Shown one piece after another: positions 21,352 to 31,127 of a DNA stretch of 64,000 bases (within the stretch, counting starts at the first letter, position 1; every line of letters begins with the position of its first letter). Location: NCBI GenBank assembly GCA_963777115.1, contig CAVZPP010000002.1, forward strand, positions 1,355,834 to 1,419,833, in the 5' to 3' direction. Under the pieces are notes generated by a model that saw only the letters and a program-made list of their open reading frames with translations, made no database searches and was not told where the DNA came from. The DNA is from an uncultured Bacteroidaceae bacterium. Lineage in GTDB: Bacteria; Bacteroidota; Bacteroidia; Bacteroidales; SM23-62. A program made the translations under genes and the position numbers.

Positions 21352-22698
21352 TTACAAGTCAGATATTTTCTCAATGTATTCAGCAGATCCGTCCCTCAGC
21401 CAGCCATCTAGTTCTGCTACCTCTTTCAATTGTTGTCCTCTCATGCGAGGGATTTTCAGGTATCGGCAGTTAAGATCCGGCAGGCCTGTCATGTCTCCCC
21501 ATAGTTTTTCAAACTGGATCACCGGAAAAATATCCTCCTGCCCTTTGCCCCATCTTTTTTTCACATCCTTAACGGTGATGTATGTAGGCATTCGCCGGGA
21601 CATATCCCGGATGGCATTGATTACTTTTTCCGGCTGCGCAAGTTCATCCCGTGTGATTCCGAAACAATCCAGTATCTGCTGAATATCCAGCCAGAAAGTA
21701 TTTGAATTATAGTAGGTCAGATCAAATTCAATCTTCTCATCCGGCAATGCGAGTCCCTCTATAATCCTCACCCTCCCATCAATTTTTGCCAGTCCCCCTC
21801 CCCGATCATTCAGCTTCCGGCCAATGACCTCGGCGGACAATGCCGCTTTTGTGCCGAGATGGTATCCGAATACTTCCGGATCCGCATTAGCTCCAAGGGT
21901 ATCGACATTATGAACCAGCAGATGTTCCAGGTCCGGATGTTCTTTAAGCATCTTTTCCAGCGTACCGTTCAGCAACATATTGGGTATCTCGTACCAATGT
22001 CCAACCGGATGGATGCATTGCTGTGGAATATTATCCCGGTAGTCTTCCGCTTCTCCCGTCTCTTTTGCCCAGTTGATAAGGGCATTATGAAGACTGTCTT
22101 TCACCTTCTGTTCCTGTTCATCCAGTATTTGTTGTGGAAGTACTTCCCAGAGATAACGAAGCTCTCTCTCGGTAGGAATAAGGCGGAGACCGATGGATTT
22201 ACCCTGGGAAAGGTAAAGGGGACCAGTATGTCCGAAGTTTTTTGAATATGAGAGGAATTCCCCAATTGCATCATGGGTCAGAAAACTTGTAGTAATCACA
22301 TGGGGAATTTCCCGACCGGCCATTTTAGAAATGGCCCTGTTTTTGGCCAGGTGCAATTCCAGAAAGCTCCTGTGTTTTCCTGAAAACCTGGCAAAGGGAT
22401 GCAATGCCTTTACCACGCCTGCTCCCTGGGTCCATCTACTGCCTGCTCCCCCTGCAAGAGTTACAATGCCAAGCTTTCCACTTTGAAGGGCCTTCAGGCC
22501 AGCCTGGTGGTTGGACTTTGAAGGCTGCTCAAGCAGATCATCAATTTCCTGCACAGATACATCCTTTATGATACTGCTGACAGGTAACCTGTTTTGGGAA
22601 AGGCCAATTCGACCTGATTTCAGATCCGATTTAACCTGCTGATGTATTTCCGTGATCGAATCCATAGCTAGAGAGAAGGTCATCGAGGGAGAGATCAC
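21352..22698 (-). CDS. UDPGP-family sugar-1-phosphate nucleotidylyltransferase (UDP-sugar pyrophosphorylase-like)
   Basis: 448 aa. The nucleotide-binding loop GIVTLAGGAGSRW resembles the LAGGQGTRLG loop of UAP/USP-type enzymes, with VHNVDTLGA downstream. The start is uncertain: GTG at 22698 or ATG at 22683. Confidence 0.6.
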   Translation of the reverse strand: MISPSMTFSLAMDSITEIHQQVKSDLKSGRIGLSQNRLPVSSIIKDVSVQEIDDLLEQPSKSNHQAGLKALQSGKLGIVTLAGGAGSRWTQGAGVVKALHPFARFSGKHRSFLELHLAKNRAISKMAGREIPHVITTSFLTHDAIGEFLSYSKNFGHTGPLYLSQGKSIGLRLIPTERELRYLWEVLPQQILDEQEQKVKDSLHNALINWAKETGEAEDYRDNIPQQCIHPVGHWYEIPNMLLNGTLEKMLKEHPDLEHLLVHNVDTLGANADPEVFGYHLGTKAALSAEVIGRKLNDRGGGLAKIDGRVRIIEGLALPDEKIEFDLTYYNSNTFWLDIQQILDCFGITRDELAQPEKVINAIRDMSRRMPTYITVKDVKKRWGKGQEDIFPVIQFEKLWGDMTGLPDLNCRYLKIPRMRGQQLKEVAELDGWLRDGSAEYIEKISDL

Positions 22699-22802
22699 TC
22701 TCAGATTCTTTGTCTGCAGCAGGAATCATACGTTCATACAAACCTGAAACGAAACTGCCGTAGGCCTTATTCTCTCGGGTTTGACGGCCCAGGTTCTGCA
22801 AT

Positions 22803-24701
22803 TCACTTCGTTGTCCCAGCTGTTAGGCTCTGGATTTCTTTCTTCAGCATGGCAGGGGACATGAGAATATAATATCCCTGTGGCATCATGGCCTCACTGC
22901 CCTCAAGAACCTGGCAAACAGATCCTTTTCCATTGATACTGAAATCATATACTACCGGCTCCATGGCAAATGGAATGGCCTTTTCGAAAACCCTTTTAGT
23001 TTCAGTCAGGATTTCCTGTAGTCTGCTCTGTGCCTGGACTTTTACAAGCGGATCGAAGATGAATCCCATTCCACCTCCTGACATTCCTCCCATCATCCAG
23101 AAACCCCAGAACCGGTCTTTGAACTCTTTCTTAACCTTTTGTATAAGTGATTCAGTGTATATATTTGTAGTCCATGGTATTATATCACGAATTGGACCGG
23201 TAAAATTCCGGTCAGTCAAGCCTCCGATGGCGGAAATATCTCCTTCTTTCAGTTTATCGACAACTTCATCAAAGAACTTAATGGCTTTCTTCCTGGCCTT
23301 CCATTCCGTATCAGAGCGAAGCAGGTATTTTTCGGTTACCATCTCAAGAACAGGACCTACATCCTGGGCCATGCCTCCATGTACTATAACCAGGCTGTCA
23401 TGCAGTTTTTGCCGGGTAGCTTTGCTTACCTCATCTTCCTCAAGGATAGTATGGTCAGGCAACAGCCTTCCCTTGCTTTTACCGTATTCAGGGTCACCTT
23501 CCTTGGCCTGCACACCCCTGATCAACTTCACCCCGGGCCAGAGTCCACCGCTATCCTGCCATCCTCCTCCGGATCCACCAAGCCATTCACCCAGTATACT
23601 CCGGGCAGCCACCAGCCGTCTTTCCTCACTTTCTAAGGGTCCTGAGAGGGAAACGGTCTGTCCGGTTGCCCTCATGCAAACTGATATCAGGGAAGCGAGC
23701 AGGTTGGTTGATACAGCCAGTCTTGACCCCTTAGGGATATTATTTACATGGCTGACCAGCTCAATTCCTTTGCCTGGTCCAAGTATTTTCGATAGCAGAT
23801 CTGAAAGTGGGACACCCGATCCCTCCATTCCCGGGGGAATAATACCGCTTGCAATGACCGCAGCTTTTAGCAGTCCAAGGTAATCTTTGGCAAAATCAAA
23901 GACATCATCCAGGCTGGAAATGCTGGTGCTGGCGCCAAGATCTACACTGCAGAGCTTCAGTACAGGTTCATCGATAACCCTGAAATAAGTCCTGATGGGA
24001 GGTTCTGGCCTGGGTGAGCTTCCCTCCTTTCGGATTTCCAGATTGACGGAAATATTGAGTACCTGTGCACCTTCCGGGAAATCCATTCCCAGAAAGAAAA
24101 TATCGCTCCAGCCGCTATGGGTGATGTCCATCCGGACAGGAGTGGATTCAAAAAGGACTGGTGTTAGCCCGCTATCGGCATCATGCACGAGTAATTCCTT
24201 CCTGATCTGAAGCGGATGGTCAAAGGGATGTCCGCAGCGGAACATCCACTGGTTTCCCAGGGTATTGCGGACGCTGTACCGGACCTGGTCTGCAAGGGTC
24301 TGGAATGCTAATCTGTGATAGGCTTCTGCCAGGCCGCTGGAGACACCTTCATTGGGTCCCTTTTCTTTCTGGATCCGGGTAAAAATATCAATGGCCTGTT
24401 CAAACCGCCTCTTCAGCATATGATCATATGCCTCAAAGGGTATCCATCCCTCTAAACTGATCCCTGGACGGAACGAAAGATAGAAACGGTGGATGGCATA
24501 TAGGAAAAACAGCGCCCGGACCCGGTGATAAAGGTTTTTATTGGTTTTTCTGAATTCGTCAAGCTCTTCGCATGCGGCAAGAAGTTCTTCTGTGCTGGCT
24601 GTTTTGCAGAAATTGTCAAGGGACTGATCCTTAATCCCTGGTTTTTCTGATGTAATGATTTCTATGAGTTTTCCCATTTCCGGCCTGTCCTTCTTATTCA
24701 T
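22803..24701 (-). CDS. Fucokinase-type GHMP sugar kinase with an unrecognised ~300-aa N-terminal domain
   Basis: 632 aa. The C-terminal half has a degenerate GHMP motif II ([21 protein letters not shown]). It also has the GWQD box typical of fucokinase/HddA-type GHMP kinases ([16 protein letters not shown]) and motif III ([15 protein letters not shown]). I cannot assign residues 1 to about 300 to any family. Its start overlaps the stop of the upstream gene by 8 nt. Confidence 0.55.
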   Translation of the reverse strand: MNKKDRPEMGKLIEIITSEKPGIKDQSLDNFCKTASTEELLAACEELDEFRKTNKNLYHRVRALFFLYAIHRFYLSFRPGISLEGWIPFEAYDHMLKRRFEQAIDIFTRIQKEKGPNEGVSSGLAEAYHRLAFQTLADQVRYSVRNTLGNQWMFRCGHPFDHPLQIRKELLVHDADSGLTPVLFESTPVRMDITHSGWSDIFFLGMDFPEGAQVLNISVNLEIRKEGSSPRPEPPIRTYFRVIDEPVLKLCSVDLGASTSISSLDDVFDFAKDYLGLLKAAVIASGIIPPGMEGSGVPLSDLLSKILGPGKGIELVSHVNNIPKGSRLAVSTNLLASLISVCMRATGQTVSLSGPLESEERRLVAARSILGEWLGGSGGGWQDSGGLWPGVKLIRGVQAKEGDPEYGKSKGRLLPDHTILEEDEVSKATRQKLHDSLVIVHGGMAQDVGPVLEMVTEKYLLRSDTEWKARKKAIKFFDEVVDKLKEGDISAIGGLTDRNFTGPIRDIIPWTTNIYTESLIQKVKKEFKDRFWGFWMMGGMSGGGMGFIFDPLVKVQAQSRLQEILTETKRVFEKAIPFAMEPVVYDFSINGKGSVCQVLEGSEAMMPQGYYILMSPAMLKKEIQSLTAGTTK

Positions 24702-25536
24702 CTTTCATTGCAAAAAACTCAACCAGTTCACTCAGTACCCGGTCCCTCTCCTTCCCGTGAAGGGCCAAAGCCAACTGCGCCTTAAGCAAACCGTACTTCT
24801 CTCCCATATCATACCGCAGATCATTCCGCTCAAGAGCAAGGTATTGTTCTTTTTTTGCCAGTAAGTTTAAAGCACCTGATAAATCCACCTTTCCTCCTTT
24901 GGCAGCCTTCAATCTCTGGTCAAGAGTCTTCATTACCGTATGTGTCAGTACATGCATGCCGAAGAAACAGAGATAATGGCCGGCTCGGAGTCCGGGTACA
25001 ATAAGTTTTTGCTCAGCTTCTGTCGGTGTGGGCTTCTCAATCACCCTCTCAATCTGGTAGGCATTCTTAATCCCCTGGAATCGTTTTCCGCCAACTACCC
25101 CGAAATTAGGAATCAGGCTTTCCCGTGTCGGCTGAACAGTGGAAACTGCGCATTCATGCTTTTCCGCAAAATCTACCAGGTGCTTTGCACTGGATTCACC
25201 GGAACGGTTAACATAGAGATGGTCTCCCACCAGGTGGAGAAAAGGATCTTTTCCTGTAAAGGGATGTGCACAGTGAAGAGCGTGACCGTATCCAAGGGGT
25301 TCAGCCTGGGGTAAAAAAGTAACTACATGGGAATGGTTTCCTATTACCTGTCCATAAGGATCTTCATCTCCCGGCTGCACAATAATGCAAATATCCTGGA
25401 TGCCTGCGGCAAGTACTTCTTCAACAAGGAGTTCAAGAAATGATCTTTTATCACCGTTTCGGTCGACCAGTGTTTGCAAGGCGAGTTTACGCTGATTTGG
25501 GCCAGCAGCTGTAATCACTGCTTTACGTATTTCCAT
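24694..25536 (-). CDS. GalU-like NTP_transferase-fold protein with a degenerate nucleotide-binding loop
   Basis: 280 aa. Length and layout fit UTP-glucose-1-phosphate uridylyltransferase ([29 protein letters not shown]). The canonical G-x-G-T-R-x-L-P-x-T-K loop reads [13 protein letters not shown]. Confidence 0.55.
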   Translation of the reverse strand: MEIRKAVITAAGPNQRKLALQTLVDRNGDKRSFLELLVEEVLAAGIQDICIIVQPGDEDPYGQVIGNHSHVVTFLPQAEPLGYGHALHCAHPFTGKDPFLHLVGDHLYVNRSGESSAKHLVDFAEKHECAVSTVQPTRESLIPNFGVVGGKRFQGIKNAYQIERVIEKPTPTEAEQKLIVPGLRAGHYLCFFGMHVLTHTVMKTLDQRLKAAKGGKVDLSGALNLLAKKEQYLALERNDLRYDMGEKYGLLKAQLALALHGKERDRVLSELVEFFAMKDE

Positions 25537-25660
25537 AGGGCTAGAATTAGACCCTTAATTTCATCATTTTTTCATTATCGGAAAAATAATAATGGAAGTA
25601 TATACATTCTCAATGGGGATGACTAAATAATCGGAACATATCGACCTGCTATACTTACTT

Positions 25661-27859
25661 TTACAACGCTATATATATCTCAGCAAAACCATCCAGCTGT
25701 TTGATGGTAAAAGAAGTTTTACCCTCCTCCCTGATCCCTTTAATTTCATATCCATCTTTTCCTGGCTGGTATACCATTCCCTTTGCGGGAAGTTGTTTCG
25801 CAACGGAAACTGATATGTCCGGGAGAGAAATTATCTGATCCAGGGGAATTTTCCCGGTTCCGTTGACGAACTGGATTAAAATACCTTTTTCAGTTTCATG
25901 AAGGGTAATCTCAACTGTGGAGGGTGCGTTTGTCGTCAAAATTGGAGAGTTTGAGCTTTCATTGAAAATCATCTTATACAATAATTCAGTATAATCCGGA
26001 TGGTCGTAACGAAACATCATCTCACCCAGTCCATTGCCAAAGTATACCAGATCCCCTTTTCCTATTGGTTTGGACCATAGAACTGCATTGTCTCCTTTAA
26101 CAATTTTACCAAGATCTTCCGGAGTCGCCCTGTAAACATTATCCAGACAGGCATTCAACCAAACTTTGCAATCATCCGTAATTTCTGTCAGCCTGTAATT
26201 CAGGGAAGAATTACGGGTCGCTAATCCCAGTGGACCCTTTAAAATATCCTGCTCGGCATAGGAATCGGTGGAAGGGACTGCATAGTTGCCTCTTCCATTT
26301 TCAGTTGTCCAGGTTTCCCCGCACATTGATTGAAACAAATCCGGTATTCTGGTAAATCCAGTTGCATTGAATGAATTGTCCATCATCACCAAACGTCCGC
26401 CTTGTTCCATAAAATGATATAATTTCTCTATTTCCTGGTCCTTAAAATAAACCATGGAAGGAATCACAATCACATTATATTTCCTTAAATCATAGTCCTC
26501 CAAAATATGATCATACAATACATTAAACTGTATGTGTTTACCGGCCATTGCCCGATATAAGCCAAGAAATTCATTTCTCAATCCCAGGTTGGCTTCCTCA
26601 CCCATCATTATTACATCTTCAATCCCCATTTTGGGATATACCAGGGCTACCTGGTTCATTTTTTCAGGATTAAGGGCATATTCTTCCCGGGTTTTCATCA
26701 ATGAATATATTGAAGAAACCATCTCTTTTGAACGTGTATCCTGAACATTTTGTATAATTCCGTAAGTAGGAATTTTGAGTCCGGCGTTATGAGCGATCGC
26801 CTGATAACAATAAAACTTAAATTCTTCAGAAGGTTTCTGGAAGTCGGAATAATTTAATCCGGCGGACTGTACCTTCATATTTATTATCGGGTAAAAATCA
26901 GGCATGGTTGCATGTGCCATTTCAGCTGAAAGACCTATCCAGTAACGAAAACTGTATAAGTCCTCACTCATTCTACCTGTTGTAAGCAGAAGATTTGTAA
27001 ATGCATCGGATAACCGATAATTATCAAATGCCTTGCGATAAGCCCATCCCGGTGATTCAGCTCCAGCTATTTCAGCCATTAGAAGGATGTTCTCATTTTT
27101 TTCATGAAGGATCTTTCTATAATTAAGGATCATTTCTTCAACAACACTTTGTCTCCAGGAGTTAAATTCATATACCTTATCCGGATCAGAGTAAATATCT
27201 CCCTGCAATAAGGACCCAAATTTATCCATTGAGACTTTGTCATAACTTATGCCTTCAAAACCACTGGCATTCAGGTGAATGCCGGCAATCTCATAATTAT
27301 CAATCAGCTCCTGCAGAACCTTATGGGCAAAATCTGCGTTTTGATAACCTCCTGTAGGTGTTGTGGCATAACGTGACTGGGACCCTCTGTGATTTTTAAA
27401 TGAACCATCTTTGTTCATGTGAAACCATCCTGGATAGAGTTCTGATAATTCTGTGGATGCACCTGCAAAATCAAAGCGGGCGATAATTTTCAGATTCTGC
27501 TTCTTTGCTTCTTTACAGATTTCTCCAAAGAGATCACGACCATCCAAAAGCGGATTTGGATTATGATATTTAATTTTTGAGGGGTAGTAAGAGTAAATTC
27601 CTCCTGCATTAACAACAATGGCTTCTGCATTGATAGCCACACAATTTTCAATAAATTTAGCAGCATCGAAGCCTTCAACCTCCCAGTTTCTCATATTGGG
27701 ATGGTAAATCCGAAGCAAATTATTTGAGTACCATACATTGTCTTTCTCCGACTGCCCGGATGAATTGAGCATAAGAAATGAAAAGCTCAAAATCAGAAAC
27801 CATCGAAATGAATCTGAACCTGAACCTGGACCTGAAAAAAGAGAATTCGATCTTGACAT
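25661..27859 (-). CDS. Putative secreted glycoside hydrolase (TIM-barrel N-terminal domain plus GH42-type trimerisation/GATase-like middle domain)
   Basis: 732 aa with a signal peptide. The N-terminal region (AINAEAIVVNAGGIYSYYPSKIKYH..., LKIIARFDF) resembles uncharacterised GH-like TIM barrels. The middle (VALVYPK..., YNVIVIPSMVYF, GGRLVMMD) resembles the beta-galactosidase trimerisation domain. The family is unverified. Confidence 0.35.
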   Translation of the reverse strand: MSRSNSLFSGPGSGSDSFRWFLILSFSFLMLNSSGQSEKDNVWYSNNLLRIYHPNMRNWEVEGFDAAKFIENCVAINAEAIVVNAGGIYSYYPSKIKYHNPNPLLDGRDLFGEICKEAKKQNLKIIARFDFAGASTELSELYPGWFHMNKDGSFKNHRGSQSRYATTPTGGYQNADFAHKVLQELIDNYEIAGIHLNASGFEGISYDKVSMDKFGSLLQGDIYSDPDKVYEFNSWRQSVVEEMILNYRKILHEKNENILLMAEIAGAESPGWAYRKAFDNYRLSDAFTNLLLTTGRMSEDLYSFRYWIGLSAEMAHATMPDFYPIINMKVQSAGLNYSDFQKPSEEFKFYCYQAIAHNAGLKIPTYGIIQNVQDTRSKEMVSSIYSLMKTREEYALNPEKMNQVALVYPKMGIEDVIMMGEEANLGLRNEFLGLYRAMAGKHIQFNVLYDHILEDYDLRKYNVIVIPSMVYFKDQEIEKLYHFMEQGGRLVMMDNSFNATGFTRIPDLFQSMCGETWTTENGRGNYAVPSTDSYAEQDILKGPLGLATRNSSLNYRLTEITDDCKVWLNACLDNVYRATPEDLGKIVKGDNAVLWSKPIGKGDLVYFGNGLGEMMFRYDHPDYTELLYKMIFNESSNSPILTTNAPSTVEITLHETEKGILIQFVNGTGKIPLDQIISLPDISVSVAKQLPAKGMVYQPGKDGYEIKGIREEGKTSFTIKQLDGFAEIYIAL

Positions 27860-27891
27860 ATTTTTATGTATTAGAAGAGGTCATTCATATT

Positions 27892-29994
27892 TTATAATCC
27901 CAAATAATGGGGTTCCTGGTCGTAAGGCTCAATTTCACCGCTTACTACCTCATAGAGTCTCTCATGTGTCTCTCGGGCTGCTTCGATGAGAGGTTGGTAA
28001 CCCTTATGGCATACATTGTAAAACCCGATATTGTAATTTTCCCCGTCATTACGGCCCATCGCAGGATTATCATAGAAACGATAATAATGGGACCCAACGC
28101 AATATGTTTGTGCAGCAGCCCATTCCTGATAAACCCTGAATGCTTTCCCGCGCTCCTCCTGAGTTCTGACCTGTTGGTTGGCTAATCCTGGCAGTCCGGC
28201 ATCCAATGCTCCAAAATGCCATTCACCGATTAGGAGAGGTTTGTCCAGGTTCTCTGCTATTTTTCCATATTTATCTCCAACTTTCCTCGAATAAACATTG
28301 AAACTAATAACATCCATATACTTCATGCTTTTTAATGCCCATTCTTTTGGAGTTCCTGCAAAGCGGGTCCCCAGATTGATATGATTTTTATCGACTTTTT
28401 TACATTCAGAAGTGATGGTACTGTATAGATAATCTGCAAGCAGAATTGAGAAATCTTTTAAATCTTGTCTGGCTTGTTCGGATAGTTTCTCTGTCCAGAT
28501 TCCCGTTGTTATATCTTCAAATGTTTTATCCGTTTTCCAGGCTTCAGAAAAAATCGTTTGATTATTGTATTTACTCTTTAGAAATTCCGCCAGTTCCTCA
28601 CGTGTATAACATGTTTCAGTATTGTAGAGCATCCCTTCCGCAGGAGTCATATTCAGGCTTGAGCGAGCCCAGGTAGCTTCATTTTGTATAAAATATCCAA
28701 TCATCGCTTTGGAATTTGCCGTAACAGCTAATTCCTGAACACTTTGTATTACATCTTTACGGAAATTGGGATGATATACATCCGGGAAATCCCTGAAAAT
28801 AGAGGGTGTATTGTCCAGGGAAATCCGTATTCGCTTGGTGTATGGAAATTGATTTCTTTCAGCAAGATCCCAGTCAGAGCTGTTGCCAAAGCTGTTAAAT
28901 CCTGCCTTTTTTAAGGATCCCATGGCTATTTTATCCCAATTATCTCTCCATGACTCAGCTCCAAAAGCACGAATAAAATTTGCAATCAGAAAATTAATTG
29001 AGTTCTCTCTATGATAATAAATTCCATCCCAGGCATCTGCATACTCACCTGTTTTCTCCGGTAGCCAGGCATAAGCCTTTTCAAGATAATCAACCGGAGA
29101 GGGAGGTGGTTCTCCAACACAGTTGATCCCCGATGACCAATATCCATAACCATCAGGATCCACCAACCACCATCTTTTTCCATCAAATTGAGTTCTGAAA
29201 AATCCTGTGCTATTAAATTTTATATTTTTCCAGCCTCCCCATTTTGAATAATTTTCCGGTAAGGTCGAGTTTTCTGATTCCCTGAGTTGTACCAATAAAT
29301 GATTTCTTGAATCCTCATTACTGGATAATTTATTGGCAAAGGAATGCAATGTAAACTGACCCAGAGAGTCTATTAGGACGCCTTTTGGATAAGAAGGATT
29401 TTCCAATATCGGTGGTTCCGATACGGAAACATTCACAGGAGTCTGGCACCATCTGAGGGGAGAGATTGGCTCGCCTATTCGAATAACAAGAATTTCCATA
29501 CGATCCACTTTAGATAGATCCACCCTGTCGCCCCGGGCTGAAGGTTTTATCAAACCACCTTCCCGGGTGAAGAATAATCGGTTCTGATTAACAGCTTCCA
29601 GGGGTATCCGAAGTCGGGCTGTAACGGATGGCAACAATCCATAGGTATAGTAAAAAACCGGGGATCCTCCCTCTTCAATTAATCGCAAATGAAATGTATG
29701 CTTTGCCATGTGCAATCCTTCAAAAAGAAGATCAAAGCTCAGATAATTATAATCAGCCAGCAATCCTTTTGGGAAACGATATATAAGTCCATCTCCTTTT
29801 TCCTGGGCCTTATACCAGGTATTTTCAGAAAAATAATCTGTCCCATTTGTCTTTTCAAGTTTTCCGATAAACTCTTCCGGAAGCAATTGAATTGTATCCG
29901 ATCCGGCAGAATTATGTTTCTGTGACTTATCCGGTGTACAGGAAAAAACGAAAAGCAACAGAAAAGGTAGTATTGTTTTCATCATTGAATTCAT
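27892..29994 (-). CDS. Putative glycoside hydrolase lipoprotein (C-terminal (beta/alpha)8 domain, GH42/GH50-like)
   Basis: 700 aa with a signal peptide plus Cys (VFSCTPD). The C-terminal segment PLLIGEWHFGALDAGLPG...RGKAFRVYQ...VGSHYYRFYDNPAMGRNDGENYNIGFY resembles the catalytic-domain end of GH50/GH42-type enzymes as I recall them. Unverified. Confidence 0.35.
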   Translation of the reverse strand: MNSMMKTILPFLLLFVFSCTPDKSQKHNSAGSDTIQLLPEEFIGKLEKTNGTDYFSENTWYKAQEKGDGLIYRFPKGLLADYNYLSFDLLFEGLHMAKHTFHLRLIEEGGSPVFYYTYGLLPSVTARLRIPLEAVNQNRLFFTREGGLIKPSARGDRVDLSKVDRMEILVIRIGEPISPLRWCQTPVNVSVSEPPILENPSYPKGVLIDSLGQFTLHSFANKLSSNEDSRNHLLVQLRESENSTLPENYSKWGGWKNIKFNSTGFFRTQFDGKRWWLVDPDGYGYWSSGINCVGEPPPSPVDYLEKAYAWLPEKTGEYADAWDGIYYHRENSINFLIANFIRAFGAESWRDNWDKIAMGSLKKAGFNSFGNSSDWDLAERNQFPYTKRIRISLDNTPSIFRDFPDVYHPNFRKDVIQSVQELAVTANSKAMIGYFIQNEATWARSSLNMTPAEGMLYNTETCYTREELAEFLKSKYNNQTIFSEAWKTDKTFEDITTGIWTEKLSEQARQDLKDFSILLADYLYSTITSECKKVDKNHINLGTRFAGTPKEWALKSMKYMDVISFNVYSRKVGDKYGKIAENLDKPLLIGEWHFGALDAGLPGLANQQVRTQEERGKAFRVYQEWAAAQTYCVGSHYYRFYDNPAMGRNDGENYNIGFYNVCHKGYQPLIEAARETHERLYEVVSGEIEPYDQEPHYLGL

Positions 29995-30035
29995 TTTATC
30001 ATGGGTGATACTAATGTTTATCTTGGATGAAACTC

Positions 30036-31112
30036 TTATGATTGCAGATCTTTTAATACATCCACCACCGCATCACCGCATTCCCTGGTATTTGCTTTGC
30101 CTCCCATATCCGGGGTATGGGCTATCCTTTCTTTCAGGACTATTTCAATTGCCTTCATGATTGAATCAGCCGCTTCCGGGTGTCCCAGGTGCTCCATCAT
30201 CATGGCGGCTGACCAGATGGTTGCAATGGGATTGGCAATCTTTTTTCCGGCAATATCCGGAGCTGAACCATGGACCGGTTCAAACATTGAAGGATATTCC
30301 CGTTCAGGATTAATATTGGCTGAAGCTGCAATTCCGATGGTGCCTGCAATGGCCGGTGCCAGGTCGGATAAAATATCCCCGAAAAGATTTGAACCAACCA
30401 CCACATCATACCAATCGGGGTGAAGCACAAAATAGGCTGTTAAAATATCAATGTGGTACTGGTCTGTTCGTATATCCGGATATTCCTTCTTAATTTCTGC
30501 AAAACGTTCATCCCAGAAGGGCATGGTATGAACAATTCCATTGGATTTGGTGGCGGAGGTAACATGCTTGTCAGGGCGTGTTCCGGCCAGTTCAAATGCA
30601 TACCGCAATACCCTGTCAACTCCTTTTCGGGTAAAAATACTCTGCTGGCTGACCACTTCATTTTCTGTCCCCTGGAAGATCCTCCCCCCGATTTCTGAAT
30701 ACTCACCTTCATTATTTTCCCTGACAATCATCAGGTCGATATCTTCTGCTTTTCTTCCGGCCAGGGGACAGGGAATGCCCTCAAATAATCGCACCGGGCG
30801 TAAATTGATATATTGATGAAATGCCCTGCGGATTGGGAATTAACAAACCCCACAAAGAAATATGATCAGGGACTCCTGGGAAACCTAACGGCCCCCAAAA
30901 AGATCGCATCTTTTGGCTGCAAGTTGCTCCAATCCATCATCAGGCATCATTTTTCCTGTTCTGGCATAATGTTCACAGCTCCAGTCAAACTCCTCCCAGG
31001 AAAAGGAGATATCAAACCTTGAACCTATGGTTTCCAGGATTTTGATTCCTTCGGGAATTACCTCTTTTCCGATTCCATCCCCCGGGATCACTGAAATTTT
31101 ATATTCCTTCAT
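30036..31112 (-). pseudogene. Tartrate dehydrogenase/decarboxylase or D-malate dehydrogenase (isocitrate/isopropylmalate dehydrogenase family), disrupted by three 1-nt insertions
   Basis: ORF 30885..31112 (MKEYKISVIPGDGIGKEV...) and ORF 30036..30794 (...RENNEGEYS, TSATKSNG, SNLFGDILSDL, EPVHGSAPDIAGKKIANP) are in the same frame. Together they match E. coli DmlA/YeaU from memory. The 90 nt between them encode DAIFLGAVGFPGVPDHISLWGLLIPIRRAFHQYINLRPVRLFEG only if three single bases are skipped. Confidence 0.85.
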
Positions 31113-31127
31113 GTAGTTCCTCTTTAA

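Noticed and set aside
22888-23883. 331-aa ORF on the plus strand, rich in S, P and T
   Set aside because: It is antisense to the GHMP-kinase gene. It is low-complexity and has no start context or family motifs, so it is a shadow ORF.
30795-30915. Programmed ribosomal frameshifting in the tartrate dehydrogenase gene
   Set aside because: It would need three consecutive +1 events. There are no slippery heptamers and no stimulatory structures at the sites. The orthologous enzyme family is not known to use recoding.
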